Below are positions 18,673 to 29,323 of a stretch of 64,000 bases of DNA, one piece after another. The number at the start of each line of letters is the position of its first letter. Position 1 is the stretch's first letter. Made by a program: the position numbers and the translations under genes. The stretch lies in IMG/VR virus record IMGVR_UViG_3300004151_000006, positions 124,001-188,000 of that record; one strand, given 5' to 3'. The notes under the pieces are model-generated. The model made no database searches. It worked only from the letters and a program-made list of their open reading frames with translations, and was not told where the DNA came from.

Positions 18673-20217
18673 ATGTTTGTAAATGCAGAGATATTTTTAG
18701 AGATGTTGATGCTTCTTGGATGCAATGGTAATCCAATCATTAGATCTATCATTCGTGATTTTATGGAGATCTATGAAAAAGAATCTAAAAATGATCTCCA
18801 TATGGGAGAAAATGAACATATCAAATTTTATGCTACTATTATTAAAGAACTCTTAGAGACTGAACTCAATGAACAAGATTTTCGTATAATGCTTGCTAAA
18901 ATGAAGACTATGCCTTTTATTCAACACCACCGTGATATCTACGATAGTGTTGAGACTATGCTTTTTCCAAAGGAACCTCTCACTGATCAACAAAAAAATA
19001 TGTTGATCAAACATGTCCAGAATTACTTACTTTGGTACTATGCTCAAGATTATACACGGAAAATGTTTGGTAAATTATCAGCTGTCAATTATACTGCAAA
19101 AGATGATAAGAAAGAAAAACTCTTAGAAGAAGTTAATAATATATCTGGTCAAATCAGTGATAAATTTCATATGATCAGATCTGCTCGAGTAGTACCAACC
19201 AACATCATCAATTTCAGTGATAAAGAATCTATTGCTAGAGGTGTCAAGAAACACAAATTGGCTAAAGTAGCTGGTGTCTTTAAGACTGGATGGCATGGTC
19301 TCAATCGAATGTTTGGTGAACGTGGTGGACCTGCACGTGGTGAGTCTATAGTCTTTGCAGCACTCTCACATAACTGTAAATCGCTGATGCTCATGAATAT
19401 GGCAAAATGGATCATCAATTATAATACACCCATAGCTGAAGCTGGTAAAGGCAAACCCACTATCTTATTTATTAGTTTAGAAAATGAAGCATCTGATAAT
19501 CTGATGAGTATGTATCGTTCTATCTATGAATCACTCACTCAAAATAGTGGTCTCAATAGACCTGATGAAGAAGTAGTTGAATTCATCTACGAATACTTTA
19601 ATCGCCGTGGTTGGACACTCATCATGGAACGTAGGGTCGGTGATGATTTTGGATATGAAGATTATAAAGGTATGTATGAAGCATATACAAAACTTGGACA
19701 TTGTATCATCAGTGTCATTGTGGATTATGTGAATAAGATGAAAAAGTCTTTCAGTGGGAAAGATGGAAACTATCTTGCATTACAAACTTTATTTGACAAT
19801 ATGATTAATTTTACTACAGAAAAAGGATCTACCTTTTTTACAGCACATCAACTCAATAGTGATGCTGCAAGACTCGCATCATCAGGTATCACTAATGTAG
19901 TACGCAAGTTCAATTTTGAGCATTTAGAGGATGGTAAAGCTCCCTTTAAAGTACCGGATGTAGTGATCTTTTGTCACATTGAATCAAATACCTATGGTAT
20001 CAAATATCTAACTATGTCTATCAAAAAGCATAGACATGTCACCACCACACCAGAGAGACATAAAAATACAGCATATAGATTCACACCATTCGGTATCACA
20101 GATGACATTGAAGGTGAAGATCAATCTGTAAAAGATATCTATGCAGATGCTTATGATCTCCCACCAGGTACAGATCTTGGCCCTGCAGCAGTGACTATAG
20201 AAGATGGATTCTTTTAG
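18673..20217 (+). CDS. dnaB: DnaB-like replicative helicase
   Basis: KTGWHGLNRMFG, divergent Walker A AALSHNCKS, FISLEN, IVDY, TAHQLN, KKHRH; GGAGG RBS before 18673. Confidence 0.85.
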   Translation: MFVNAEIFLEMLMLLGCNGNPIIRSIIRDFMEIYEKESKNDLHMGENEHIKFYATIIKELLETELNEQDFRIMLAKMKTMPFIQHHRDIYDSVETMLFPKEPLTDQQKNMLIKHVQNYLLWYYAQDYTRKMFGKLSAVNYTAKDDKKEKLLEEVNNISGQISDKFHMIRSARVVPTNIINFSDKESIARGVKKHKLAKVAGVFKTGWHGLNRMFGERGGPARGESIVFAALSHNCKSLMLMNMAKWIINYNTPIAEAGKGKPTILFISLENEASDNLMSMYRSIYESLTQNSGLNRPDEEVVEFIYEYFNRRGWTLIMERRVGDDFGYEDYKGMYEAYTKLGHCIISVIVDYVNKMKKSFSGKDGNYLALQTLFDNMINFTTEKGSTFFTAHQLNSDAARLASSGITNVVRKFNFEHLEDGKAPFKVPDVVIFCHIESNTYGIKYLTMSIKKHRHVTTTPERHKNTAYRFTPFGITDDIEGEDQSVKDIYADAYDLPPGTDLGPAAVTIEDGFF

Positions 20218-20229
20218 ATCTTCTACATA

Positions 20230-20266
20230 CATAGATAGGTGGGTCATTTAGACCCACCTATCTATG
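20230..20266. terminator. Hairpin after DnaB
   Basis: CATAGATAGGTGGGTC-ATTTA-GACCCACCTATCTATG. Confidence 0.6.
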
Positions 20267-20269
20267 GGC

Positions 20270-20278
20270 ATCGTATGA
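20270..20278 (+). promoter_or_regulatory. Putative late promoter
   Basis: ATCGTATGA. Confidence 0.5.
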
Positions 20279-20323
20279 CTTTATTGATAGTACACCTCCA
20301 TATTTGGAGATAGGGAGATACAC

Positions 20324-22891
20324 ATGACGAATGCTACATTTGAAGAAGTCACTACTGAATTGGTGACTACTGAGAAATTGTCTTTAGGTGGCCACACTGG
20401 TGTCACTGGTATCAGTGATGACTATACTGAAAACAGTACTATCAAATTACCTACATCACAAGCACTTTTTAATGGGTTAAGAAAGATACAGTCTCAAGTA
20501 GATATCCTCAATAATGTTGGACTTGGTATTGATAATTTAGTCATTTCTACTCCTTTAGTATCTCCAGTGTTTAATGATACTGGATACAATTACCTTGGTT
20601 GGGAGTTATACAACAATGTAGCTATTTATACTGGTGACACAGTTAACAACTATATTCAGTTGCCACACAATCTCTTTTCTGAAAATCATCACTATATCTT
20701 TAATATTAAAGTGCATATCCTTCAAAGTGGAAGATTGGAATTAAGAGATCAAGATGGTGATATCATTGAAGTCATGTCTGCTATTGGTGATTATTATTTT
20801 GAAATGACTGCTGGTGCTGCAGCTACTTTTAAACTCATTGCTAAAGACGTAGAAGTTGGTAAGACTATCACCATTTCATATTTAGCTATCCATCAAGTCT
20901 CTGATCAATTTTATAATTATCTTACTAGTAAAATTAGAGAATTGTCTAGTGTGGATGGTCAAGGATATGTAGATAAAGTATTATTTGAAACTCGTATGGA
21001 TGCAATTGAATTAGAATTTCAAACTGCAATCAGTGCTATGAGTGATAAAATAGATAATCATTTACTTGATAAAGAAAATCCACATGAAGTTACTTATCAG
21101 CAGATTGGTGCTGCTCCTGTGGTACATCAGCATGATGAAGAATATTATGTTAAAGAAGAGATCAATGCTTTGATTTCAGCTGCTATTGCTACCCGTGCAT
21201 TAACTAGTCATACACACATTAACTATGTTACTGAAAGTGATGTACAAGTTAGTATTGGTATTGCTTTAGATAATGCACTTAAAAGTGTACACACTGTTTC
21301 ACCATTATCCATTTTAGAAGGTCCAACTGGATTACTTCCTGAACTCTATACACACTGTGGTATTACACCCCCATCACAATTACTCATTACTAACACATTT
21401 AATCATGTCAGTGAAGGACCATATGACGTAGTATCCGGATATGCTTCTACTAATATTTCACCTGAAGAAGGATCAAAGATCGAAGATGCTTTTATGCGAT
21501 ACAATCTTTATCAAAAATGTGCTACATTTAATCACGATGTATCTGTGGAAAGAGTAGTCATCCATTATCAATTTCATAGAGTGAGAAAATTACTTGGATA
21601 TGTGATCCGTGGATTAGAGACTGGATATATCTCCAAATGGTCACTTTATACTAATTTCAATACTTTTGTACATTCAGTTACCAATGCCAGTTATACTGCC
21701 GGTGGATATGAGGTGTTATTACCAGTGAGTCAAGTTTGTACATCATTTGCTATTGAAGTGATAGAGACTTCAGCTCTCCGATTTGGTATTCATATTGAAC
21801 CCATCTTTGATGATATCACTACTGGGCATATTGGTGTATCAGAAGATCCAATGTTGTTATCTATTCCTAGATCTGGAAATAATTTGATCTTTACTTTAGA
21901 TTTGGATGTGATCAATGATATTACACCCACTTTACGTATTGAAGGTCTTCCTCTTTATGCATATGTGGAAGTGGGTACTCTTGGAAATGAACAACTCAAA
22001 TATACTTATATTCCACCTGAATTTGGTACTATTCGAAATGGTGTTAGTGTGTTTAAAGATAAATTTGAGATAGGTGTGGATATACAATCAGTATCTTACG
22101 ATCCCATGAAATACATTCCACATAAAGTCTTTGGTACTCTCAAACTTAAAGATGTGGATACCCCAACAATACCTTTGATCAATGTATATACTGGATTGGA
22201 TCCTTGGAGTATCAATACTAATGAAGCCACTATTGAACATACATTTATTACTCCAACATATATGGTAGGTTATGATCTTGAATGGGATACTGATAAAAAA
22301 GATAAATTGCCTACCACTTGGACACTTAAACTCTATGTAGTTAATGAATCCAATGAAGAAGAGCTTATAGTAGTGGATTCTGTTAATATATATGGTGGAA
22401 AACTCAATTATAATAAATCATCTATCCTTTATTGTAAAGATTTTAAGAAAGCTTATCTTGTAAAAAGATATGAACTTTATCTCAATAATGAAAATACTAC
22501 TGGATTACATATCTCTAATTTCAGACCTATGATCTCTCAAGATTTTTATCATGTACCTAAAAACACTATGTATTGTGGTGATACTCCAGTATCAAAGATT
22601 TATCTTGGTACTGCTACTTATTTAGATGGTGATTTTATTGTCATTTCTCAAAATGTAATTGGTACTACTTGTCATCTCCCGATTAATAATCTCGTGACTA
22701 CCGAGCATGGATATGAATATCAAATACTCAACCCATTCCACACTACGGATGTAAGTTGTAGTGTCCGATATGTGGATGGCGATACAGCATTTGCACCAAC
22801 TTGTAGTGTGGTGGATATGCAAGATGACGTGATCACAGTATTGGCATTTAGTGAACACCAATTTTTACTTACCATTGTACGTAACTGGTAA
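20324..22891 (+). CDS. Virion structural protein (tail/baseplate-associated)
   Basis: HLLDKENPHEVTYQQIGAAPVVHQH fibre-type motif; beta-rich domains; late-type promoter at 20270. Confidence 0.6.
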   Translation: MTNATFEEVTTELVTTEKLSLGGHTGVTGISDDYTENSTIKLPTSQALFNGLRKIQSQVDILNNVGLGIDNLVISTPLVSPVFNDTGYNYLGWELYNNVAIYTGDTVNNYIQLPHNLFSENHHYIFNIKVHILQSGRLELRDQDGDIIEVMSAIGDYYFEMTAGAAATFKLIAKDVEVGKTITISYLAIHQVSDQFYNYLTSKIRELSSVDGQGYVDKVLFETRMDAIELEFQTAISAMSDKIDNHLLDKENPHEVTYQQIGAAPVVHQHDEEYYVKEEINALISAAIATRALTSHTHINYVTESDVQVSIGIALDNALKSVHTVSPLSILEGPTGLLPELYTHCGITPPSQLLITNTFNHVSEGPYDVVSGYASTNISPEEGSKIEDAFMRYNLYQKCATFNHDVSVERVVIHYQFHRVRKLLGYVIRGLETGYISKWSLYTNFNTFVHSVTNASYTAGGYEVLLPVSQVCTSFAIEVIETSALRFGIHIEPIFDDITTGHIGVSEDPMLLSIPRSGNNLIFTLDLDVINDITPTLRIEGLPLYAYVEVGTLGNEQLKYTYIPPEFGTIRNGVSVFKDKFEIGVDIQSVSYDPMKYIPHKVFGTLKLKDVDTPTIPLINVYTGLDPWSINTNEATIEHTFITPTYMVGYDLEWDTDKKDKLPTTWTLKLYVVNESNEEELIVVDSVNIYGGKLNYNKSSILYCKDFKKAYLVKRYELYLNNENTTGLHISNFRPMISQDFYHVPKNTMYCGDTPVSKIYLGTATYLDGDFIVISQNVIGTTCHLPINNLVTTEHGYEYQILNPFHTTDVSCSVRYVDGDTAFAPTCSVVDMQDDVITVLAFSEHQFLLTIVRNW

Positions 22892-22990
22892 TCCACATTT
22901 CATATACATAAATATCTAGAGTCATCATCTTTTACACAGATACCTTGGATTGCATAAAGGTCACGTACCCCGTGTAGTCCAAGGTATCTT

Positions 22991-23003
22991 GAATATATAT
23001 TAC
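22991..23003 (+). promoter_or_regulatory. Putative early promoter
   Basis: GAATATATATTAC. Confidence 0.7.
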
Positions 23004-23076
23004 TTTATTGATGTCTGGAGTAAAAGTTACTTTAGACCATGTCATCCACTTCAACTTAAGTAAGGAGCTTTCTCAC

Positions 23077-24249
23077 ATGTACAGTGCTAACTTTGCTACC
23101 CCTGCTGCTCGTGAAGAATCCAATGTCAATACCAACGCTGCTCGTGGACCCCGGTACAACATGCCTGCCATCGGCGCCCGTGCGGCCCTGGATTTCCTGA
23201 AGAAGCATTTCCAGGCCCTCAAAGAGGGCACTGAAGATTTTATTCCGACGACGCCCGACGGCGAGTACACCATCGAGACGGCCCTGTCCGGCCATCGCTA
23301 TGCCAACGGCCAGACCGGCATGTGGGAGTGTGGTGGCAGCATGGGAGCCTACGGCGCCTGCAACGTCATTGCCGGCCCCGATGCCCAGCCGCTCAATCCC
23401 TTGCACCAGCACCATGTCAACCCCGAGCATGCCTGCGACAAGCATGTGCTCCTGCCCGTCAAGGAAGGATATATCATGGCGCATGCTGCCTTCGCTGAAG
23501 GCAACGTCCTGATCACCGCTTGGCGCTGCGAGACCCTGGCCTTTGATGCCGGTGACAACCCGGAACGTGGCGGTGTCACCCGCGCCACCTTCAAGCTCAT
23601 CTATGCGGCCGACGGCATCGATGCCTTGCCCCTCTTCCTCGCCGAGGAAGAAGAAGCGACCCCCGACAACCAGATGTTCCAGGCCTTTCTCAAGGCGGCG
23701 TGGACCAAGGCCAACATGTTCCGCTGCCAGTCCCAGGTGTGGGCCTATCCCTGGGCGCCCTGGATCGTCAAGAAGGGGGGTCGTGAGTGGGACCTGCCTG
23801 AAATCGTGGCTGCCCAGGAAGGCATCATCGAAGCCCTGACCGGCGTCGGCCTCTCCGACCCCGATCCCAAATCGGTCGTCACCGACTACAACACCATGGT
23901 CGCCGAAATCGAAGATGCGGCGTCCAAGGCCATCTACAAGTTCCGCAACGCCAGCAGCAACCCCCGTGGACCCCGTGTCCATGTCCTGCAGTACTTTACG
24001 CAGGAAGAAAACAGCTCGAAAGTGCGCGTGACCAACTTCGTGCTGCTGCACAACATCAAGACCCCGAAGATCTTGGCCACCAGGATCTACTACGCGGATC
24101 CCAACACCACCATGCAAAGCGAGCGCCCCGAACCGGCCTACTACCTCAACAATCGCCGGTTCATGCGCTGGGATCTCATCAAGTCCAAATTCGCGGACGA
24201 GGCCACCGGCGGCGAATGCAAGTTCGTCTACGAGTACACCGGCTGCTAG
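23077..24249 (+). CDS. Very GC-rich early hypothetical protein
   Basis: Early promoter at 22991, TAAGGAG RBS, hairpin at 24276. Confidence 0.75.
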   Translation: MYSANFATPAAREESNVNTNAARGPRYNMPAIGARAALDFLKKHFQALKEGTEDFIPTTPDGEYTIETALSGHRYANGQTGMWECGGSMGAYGACNVIAGPDAQPLNPLHQHHVNPEHACDKHVLLPVKEGYIMAHAAFAEGNVLITAWRCETLAFDAGDNPERGGVTRATFKLIYAADGIDALPLFLAEEEEATPDNQMFQAFLKAAWTKANMFRCQSQVWAYPWAPWIVKKGGREWDLPEIVAAQEGIIEALTGVGLSDPDPKSVVTDYNTMVAEIEDAASKAIYKFRNASSNPRGPRVHVLQYFTQEENSSKVRVTNFVLLHNIKTPKILATRIYYADPNTTMQSERPEPAYYLNNRRFMRWDLIKSKFADEATGGECKFVYEYTGC

Positions 24250-24275
24250 CCGGCATTTCCTGATCACATTCTGAC

Positions 24276-24309
24276 ACTAGAGGGTATCCCATGTGGGATA
24301 CCCTCTAGT
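24276..24309. terminator. Perfect hairpin
   Basis: ACTAGAGGGTATCCCA-TG-TGGGATACCCTCTAGT. Confidence 0.6.
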
Positions 24310-24399
24310 CAATAAGGATCTTCTTTCTTTTTTTTTTATAAACACTTATCTGGAGAGATTCTCCATGTTATAGGTCATAACCTATTTTTATGGGAGTAA

Positions 24400-25323
24400 A
24401 TGCACATGGTTTATCGAGGAAGTTTTTTTATTGACCACAATATCTCCATTCCAAGAGATAGTGTTGTGTCAATGGAAGATATTAATAGTGTCATCAATAA
24501 CCAACTCATCATACTCAATAATACTGATTTAGAAATTGCTAATGAAGGATTTTTACAAAATCTGTTTGTCGCTATAGCTGATACTATTTTTCACATTGGT
24601 AATAACTTTAAGACACTCTTTAAAATTTATAGAGATTTTAAACGATCTGAATTAAGATATTATTTGGAATCTAATGTATTACGTACATCAATCTTATTAT
24701 CTACTGACTTTAATATTATTAGAACATTGATGATACCTATTCCAAGGGGCATGACTACTACTTATATAGAAGCATGTTGCGCAGTAGATGATTGTTTAAA
24801 ACGTATGGATATGTTATCTAAAGCTGATCTTGCATTAGAATATTCAGATGTACTTTATGAACAATGTAGTAATGGTGACATTGATCATCTTGAGAAGAGT
24901 ATCAAATCCAATTCAATACACTTTACCGATAAAGAATTGAATAAATACTTTGATAAAGTCAACAAAGTTTTTGCTAATAAATCTACTGGAGAAGTGAAAT
25001 TGAATAGTGTATATGCCAATATACAAGATATCACCAGTGTGAATGAAAAACTCCTCAATATGGAAGATCATTTAATCAGCGTATCTAAAGTTTATTATAG
25101 ATTAGAACACATCACTAATAAAATTGACCTCATTTTAAAAGAATTTAAAGAAAAACCTGAATTACAAAAAAGATTAACCAATAGTTTATTGATAAAATTA
25201 GGTGAATCCATTCGTAATGTAGCTGTAGTATTTGAGAAATATGGTATCCTCATCAATGATGTCAATACTCTCACACACAATCAAGTAGAAGTACTTGAAA
25301 AGATCAGAAAATATGTCAAGTGA
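24400..25323 (+). CDS. Probable virion head protein
   Basis: N-terminal IANEGF, an A-x-E site of the type cut by phiKZ-like head protease; helical. Confidence 0.5.
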   Translation: MHMVYRGSFFIDHNISIPRDSVVSMEDINSVINNQLIILNNTDLEIANEGFLQNLFVAIADTIFHIGNNFKTLFKIYRDFKRSELRYYLESNVLRTSILLSTDFNIIRTLMIPIPRGMTTTYIEACCAVDDCLKRMDMLSKADLALEYSDVLYEQCSNGDIDHLEKSIKSNSIHFTDKELNKYFDKVNKVFANKSTGEVKLNSVYANIQDITSVNEKLLNMEDHLISVSKVYYRLEHITNKIDLILKEFKEKPELQKRLTNSLLIKLGESIRNVAVVFEKYGILINDVNTLTHNQVEVLEKIRKYVK

Positions 25324-25324
25324 G

Positions 25325-25352
25325 GATAGGGGACCCCACGGGGTCCCCTATC
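25325..25352. terminator. Hairpin between convergent genes
   Basis: GATAGGGGACCCC-AC-GGGGTCCCCTATC. Confidence 0.65.
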
Positions 25353-25356
25353 TATA

Positions 25357-26424
25357 TCATGAAATCTCTTCAAGATCACTGGCATTAATTGTGTTACCCA
25401 CTATTAGCCCATTTAAAAAATCATTGATTTCAGTAATCTCAGTAGTTTGGGTAGTGTCTACAGTCACATTCTGTAATATCTTAATAGCTTGATCTTTAGC
25501 GAAATTGAGTACATCAAGGTGTGTATTAGGTACTTCATGGCTATTGATGAAATTATTATAAATAGTGTTGATTTCACTGACAGTGGTTGCATTCGCCATG
25601 ATAATACAAACATCCCAATATTGATTTATATTATCTTCAAGAGTATTTAATTGTGTATTTATGGTATTGACTGTATTGACTATCTCTGGATCAATATCTA
25701 CATTACCCTGACTACCTTTAGTAAAACCAAGTATCTTAACATCTTCTTTACATTTAATCATATCAAATTCCAATTTGAGTAATTTTGTGATAAGAGAAAT
25801 ATTCATCTTAGTATTTCTAGAAACAATCAATAATAATTCATTGACCTGATCTTCTAATTCAGATTTAGAAGCTTTCATCGTTTCAAGATTATCTATACGC
25901 ATAGAGAGTTTAGGTAATTTCATCCTAACATCATGGAGCTGTTTATAAGTAAGTGCATCTACTTTAATAAGTCTAGCTAGTGTTTTAAAAATATGATCAA
26001 TGCGATGATTAAGTTGATATTTCAAGATCTTCCAATCCCTAGAAGCAATAGCTTTCCAATTTTCCACATTAAGTACACGATTGGAGACTTTGAGTACATT
26101 AGTTTGAAGTTCGGCTATAGCCATACGAATAGCTGACATTTCATCAAAAGCTTCTTCACCAATAGGATTTAAAATATATTCACTTGGAATAGCCGTAGCC
26201 CTGATCCAATTTTGAAATCGTGGTCTAGTCTTCACATCATTAATTAAACCACCAAGATAAAAAAATGCTTTAGTGTCTGGAGTAGCATCTACACCAACAG
26301 CAGTACAACACATCTCTAATGCAGTATTACAAATAGATCTTACTTTATATTGTTCATCTGGAGTACCAACTTTATGCCAATCAAAATCTTCTAACACATA
26401 TCTGATTGGTGAGACTTGTCCCAT
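25357..26424 (-). CDS. Hypothetical coiled-coil protein
   Basis: 355 aa ORF at the end of the minus-strand operon. Confidence 0.65.
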   Translation of the reverse strand: MGQVSPIRYVLEDFDWHKVGTPDEQYKVRSICNTALEMCCTAVGVDATPDTKAFFYLGGLINDVKTRPRFQNWIRATAIPSEYILNPIGEEAFDEMSAIRMAIAELQTNVLKVSNRVLNVENWKAIASRDWKILKYQLNHRIDHIFKTLARLIKVDALTYKQLHDVRMKLPKLSMRIDNLETMKASKSELEDQVNELLLIVSRNTKMNISLITKLLKLEFDMIKCKEDVKILGFTKGSQGNVDIDPEIVNTVNTINTQLNTLEDNINQYWDVCIIMANATTVSEINTIYNNFINSHEVPNTHLDVLNFAKDQAIKILQNVTVDTTQTTEITEINDFLNGLIVGNTINASDLEEIS

Positions 26425-26430
26425 AATGTG

Positions 26431-28185
26431 CTACTCCCCTACCAAGAAGGTAATGTTGTCTTCTGATAATGTTTCTCTATAATAAACATAAGATGCAAAA
26501 TACCCATCAAATGGTTTAGTACCATTTTGATGACCAATATCCAAATACTGAATATTTGATTTTTTAGTCAAGATAGTGGATACCTTCTTACCAGTATTAC
26601 CTGTGATACCCATCAAGAAATTAACTCGATCATAGCTAAATGACATCTGTATCTTTTTCCTATTGGTGGCTAAGAGAGGATAATCAAATACTTCTACATT
26701 TTCTTCATCATATATTCTAACAAAGAAGATATTGTTAGTACCATAATTTCCAGTCATACCAGGTTCGGTTTCATCTCTAAAGTTATATAAAGTACGCTCT
26801 ATATTTGTATTAAGTGTACAAGGGTTGATAAATTCAAAAGCAAATCCACCCTCTTCAGAATTATACCAATCCAATGTTGGGATAGTGAGTCTGATACCAT
26901 GTCTGGTTTTTGTTTCACCTTCAGTATAAATAAAGGGTGAACACCCAATAATATCACCATATTCACATTGGTAATTATCAATGATACATACATCTTCACC
27001 AAGACCAGCATATTTAAGTGCACCAATGCTCTGATGGTATGGGATATGTTGAATCTCAATTTCACCAGCAAGGGAATGAATGATAGAATATTCAATATGA
27101 AAATATCCTTCAGCTATCTTAATCATACGTACTGACATGATGTTGTTGAGTTCAGTCACTGATACAGTATTGTTCTCAAAATTAAGTATGGACATCTTGG
27201 ATACACCAAAGATCTTGTGGAGTACTCTGATACAAAGATATTTACATTTGATGGGTTTGATATCAAAGGAAATATTAGTGATTTTATTAGCTTCTACTGG
27301 TGTATGGAGATATGATAAAATATGTTCAGTAGATAAAATATCTACAGACTCTCTAAAGAGTGTAGCACCTTTCAAATTGTCTATCTTGTTGATAGATGGG
27401 AGATTTTGATTATATCCAAAGTCTAAATTTGTAGTATTCCAAGTATCTGTTTGACTAAAATCTCTACTATATTTACATTCATTAGTACGATCACCAAAGA
27501 TAGCTAACATGGGTTTACCAAATAAATAATCAGTAGGAAGATAATCAGTAGCAGCTAAATGGCGATATCCATCTCTTCCAATATATGTATATTTATCACC
27601 CCTATTAGTTTGATGTGTACCACCAACCCCATAAAGAGACATGATAGCTGCAGCTGGTTCTACTGTAGGAGGTACACCGGGAAACATCTTTTTAAAGAGG
27701 GCTGCATGTGCAGTTTCACTATCATCATGTTCTTTGATATATTTAGCAGTGAGTTTGACAGTAGTGAGAAGTTTTGGATTGGTACCATCATAAATATCAT
27801 CTAAACCAGCAATTTGATAGTCTTCAAATAATATAGTGAGGAATGAATCATACGGGGCTACACCACCACGATTAGTGTATTCTTTGTATAACAAATGTAG
27901 TATATCAGTAGCAAATTGAGAAAGATCCGTTTGATGTGGATTATTGAAATCTCTAGCATGAACAGTAACCAATTTAAAGAGTCTATCAATAGTGGTCTTA
28001 TTGCAAAGTTTTTTAATCTCACGTAATTGATCTAAGATCTCCTGAGAAGTAATTGGAATGACTTTCTTAGGAGTGTGAAGATTGTTTGAACGTGTATGAA
28101 ATCCACCATCCCACCCAGAGATGATAGCGGTGGCTTCACGTTCCAATTCATCATACGGTGTTTCAGATTGTACTGGAGAAGTCAT
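26431..28185 (-). CDS. Virion structural protein (fibre/baseplate-associated, LamG-like C-terminus)
   Basis: HARDFNNPH and HDDSETAH motifs; RTNECKYSRDF; C-terminal LDIGHQNGTKPFDGY...YY. Confidence 0.6.
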   Translation of the reverse strand: MTSPVQSETPYDELEREATAIISGWDGGFHTRSNNLHTPKKVIPITSQEILDQLREIKKLCNKTTIDRLFKLVTVHARDFNNPHQTDLSQFATDILHLLYKEYTNRGGVAPYDSFLTILFEDYQIAGLDDIYDGTNPKLLTTVKLTAKYIKEHDDSETAHAALFKKMFPGVPPTVEPAAAIMSLYGVGGTHQTNRGDKYTYIGRDGYRHLAATDYLPTDYLFGKPMLAIFGDRTNECKYSRDFSQTDTWNTTNLDFGYNQNLPSINKIDNLKGATLFRESVDILSTEHILSYLHTPVEANKITNISFDIKPIKCKYLCIRVLHKIFGVSKMSILNFENNTVSVTELNNIMSVRMIKIAEGYFHIEYSIIHSLAGEIEIQHIPYHQSIGALKYAGLGEDVCIIDNYQCEYGDIIGCSPFIYTEGETKTRHGIRLTIPTLDWYNSEEGGFAFEFINPCTLNTNIERTLYNFRDETEPGMTGNYGTNNIFFVRIYDEENVEVFDYPLLATNRKKIQMSFSYDRVNFLMGITGNTGKKVSTILTKKSNIQYLDIGHQNGTKPFDGYFASYVYYRETLSEDNITFLVGE

Positions 28186-28196
28186 ATATCTTCCTC

Positions 28197-29198
28197 CTAG
28201 GATAAGATAGATGTGAGCATAGCACCCGATGTAATAGTTTGATTATAATACCAAAAGGATTTTAAAGTGGATTTAAGCATATCTTTTTCTTTCCATGGTG
28301 CATAAAAATGGATATGTATTGGATCAAGATATATATTGGGTATTTCTAATATTGTAGTATCTTGACTAAGGATACTCTTAAAATATATATGTTTAGTATC
28401 ATAACTTAAAGTAAATCCATATGTAAAATCTGTATAATCAATTGAATCAATATGGATCAGTGTCTTTGGTGTAGATGGATCAGTTAAATAAACTGTGAGA
28501 CCAAGTAAAGGTTCCACATAACAATCAAGGCTGGTGATTCCATTAGTAATGGACAAAAGTTTAGTTGGTGTAATTGGTTGTACATAATGCATACCAACCA
28601 CCACACAACCTTGGGTGGGACACCAATCTTCTTTAATGATATATGTGGTGTAACTGTTATTACCAGCTTCAGTGGTTTCTAAGATACGTGAAGTAGCAAA
28701 ATGTTTCAATGAAATGACTGGAGTATAAGGACAAGCATTTTTATCTAAGAATTGGCTAAACAATCCATGATGAGAATTGACATCCAATTCATGTTCATCA
28801 GTCAAATATCTAAATCCAGGTACATGGAGAGCTTTAGTAGATTCTTGTTTACCTTTGATCTCTGCCCAAGTGGCTAATTCAAGATCATAAAACATTCGTC
28901 TATACATTTCTTCTTTATCAGTGACATATCCAAGCATACGATATTTGATATAGAGATTTTCCAATAATTGAGCAGCAAACTGTTCTATCCTCATTTGATG
29001 TGGATCAGTATCTTCACTCAAGTGAAAATTGATAGCTCTCATACATTCAACTAATTTAGCTATTTCACCTTTGGTTCGGAGTTGATTAATGATCAAAGCT
29101 GCATCTTCAATGAATGGTGCTGTGGGTGTAGAATTGGGCCCAGCATTGGAGATCACCTGCCACCCAGCTATAGTACCATGTTCAACTTCTTTTGTCAT
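28197..29198 (-). CDS. Virion structural protein, paralog of the 26431..28185 N-terminus
   Basis: Shared pattern HLSEDTDPHQ..QFA..LL..LY..Y and HELDVNSHHGLF. Confidence 0.6.
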   Translation of the reverse strand: MTKEVEHGTIAGWQVISNAGPNSTPTAPFIEDAALIINQLRTKGEIAKLVECMRAINFHLSEDTDPHQMRIEQFAAQLLENLYIKYRMLGYVTDKEEMYRRMFYDLELATWAEIKGKQESTKALHVPGFRYLTDEHELDVNSHHGLFSQFLDKNACPYTPVISLKHFATSRILETTEAGNNSYTTYIIKEDWCPTQGCVVVGMHYVQPITPTKLLSITNGITSLDCYVEPLLGLTVYLTDPSTPKTLIHIDSIDYTDFTYGFTLSYDTKHIYFKSILSQDTTILEIPNIYLDPIHIHFYAPWKEKDMLKSTLKSFWYYNQTITSGAMLTSILS

Positions 29199-29247
29199 GT
29201 GGTATGCTCCAATAAAGTGTCTTTTAAATGAATACCTTCGGGATCTA

Positions 29248-29255
29248 CATAAGAT
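29248..29255 (-). promoter_or_regulatory. Putative late promoter
   Basis: ATCTTATG on -. Confidence 0.5.
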
Positions 29256-29277
29256 GCCCATTTTATTGATCCACAGT

Positions 29278-29309
29278 GATACAGTAGGACCTTATGGTCC
29301 TACTGTATC
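29278..29309. terminator. Hairpin after UvsX
   Basis: GATACAGTAGGACC-TTAT-GGTCCTACTGTATC. Confidence 0.6.
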
Positions 29310-29323
29310 TGTGATAATTTCAT

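Noticed and set aside
23056-24267. 403-aa antisense ORF, and similar ones at 10581..12035, 5142..5675, 9826..10326 and 43460..43711
   Set aside because: They occur only opposite GC-biased genes; promoter, RBS and hairpin all support the + strand ORFs.
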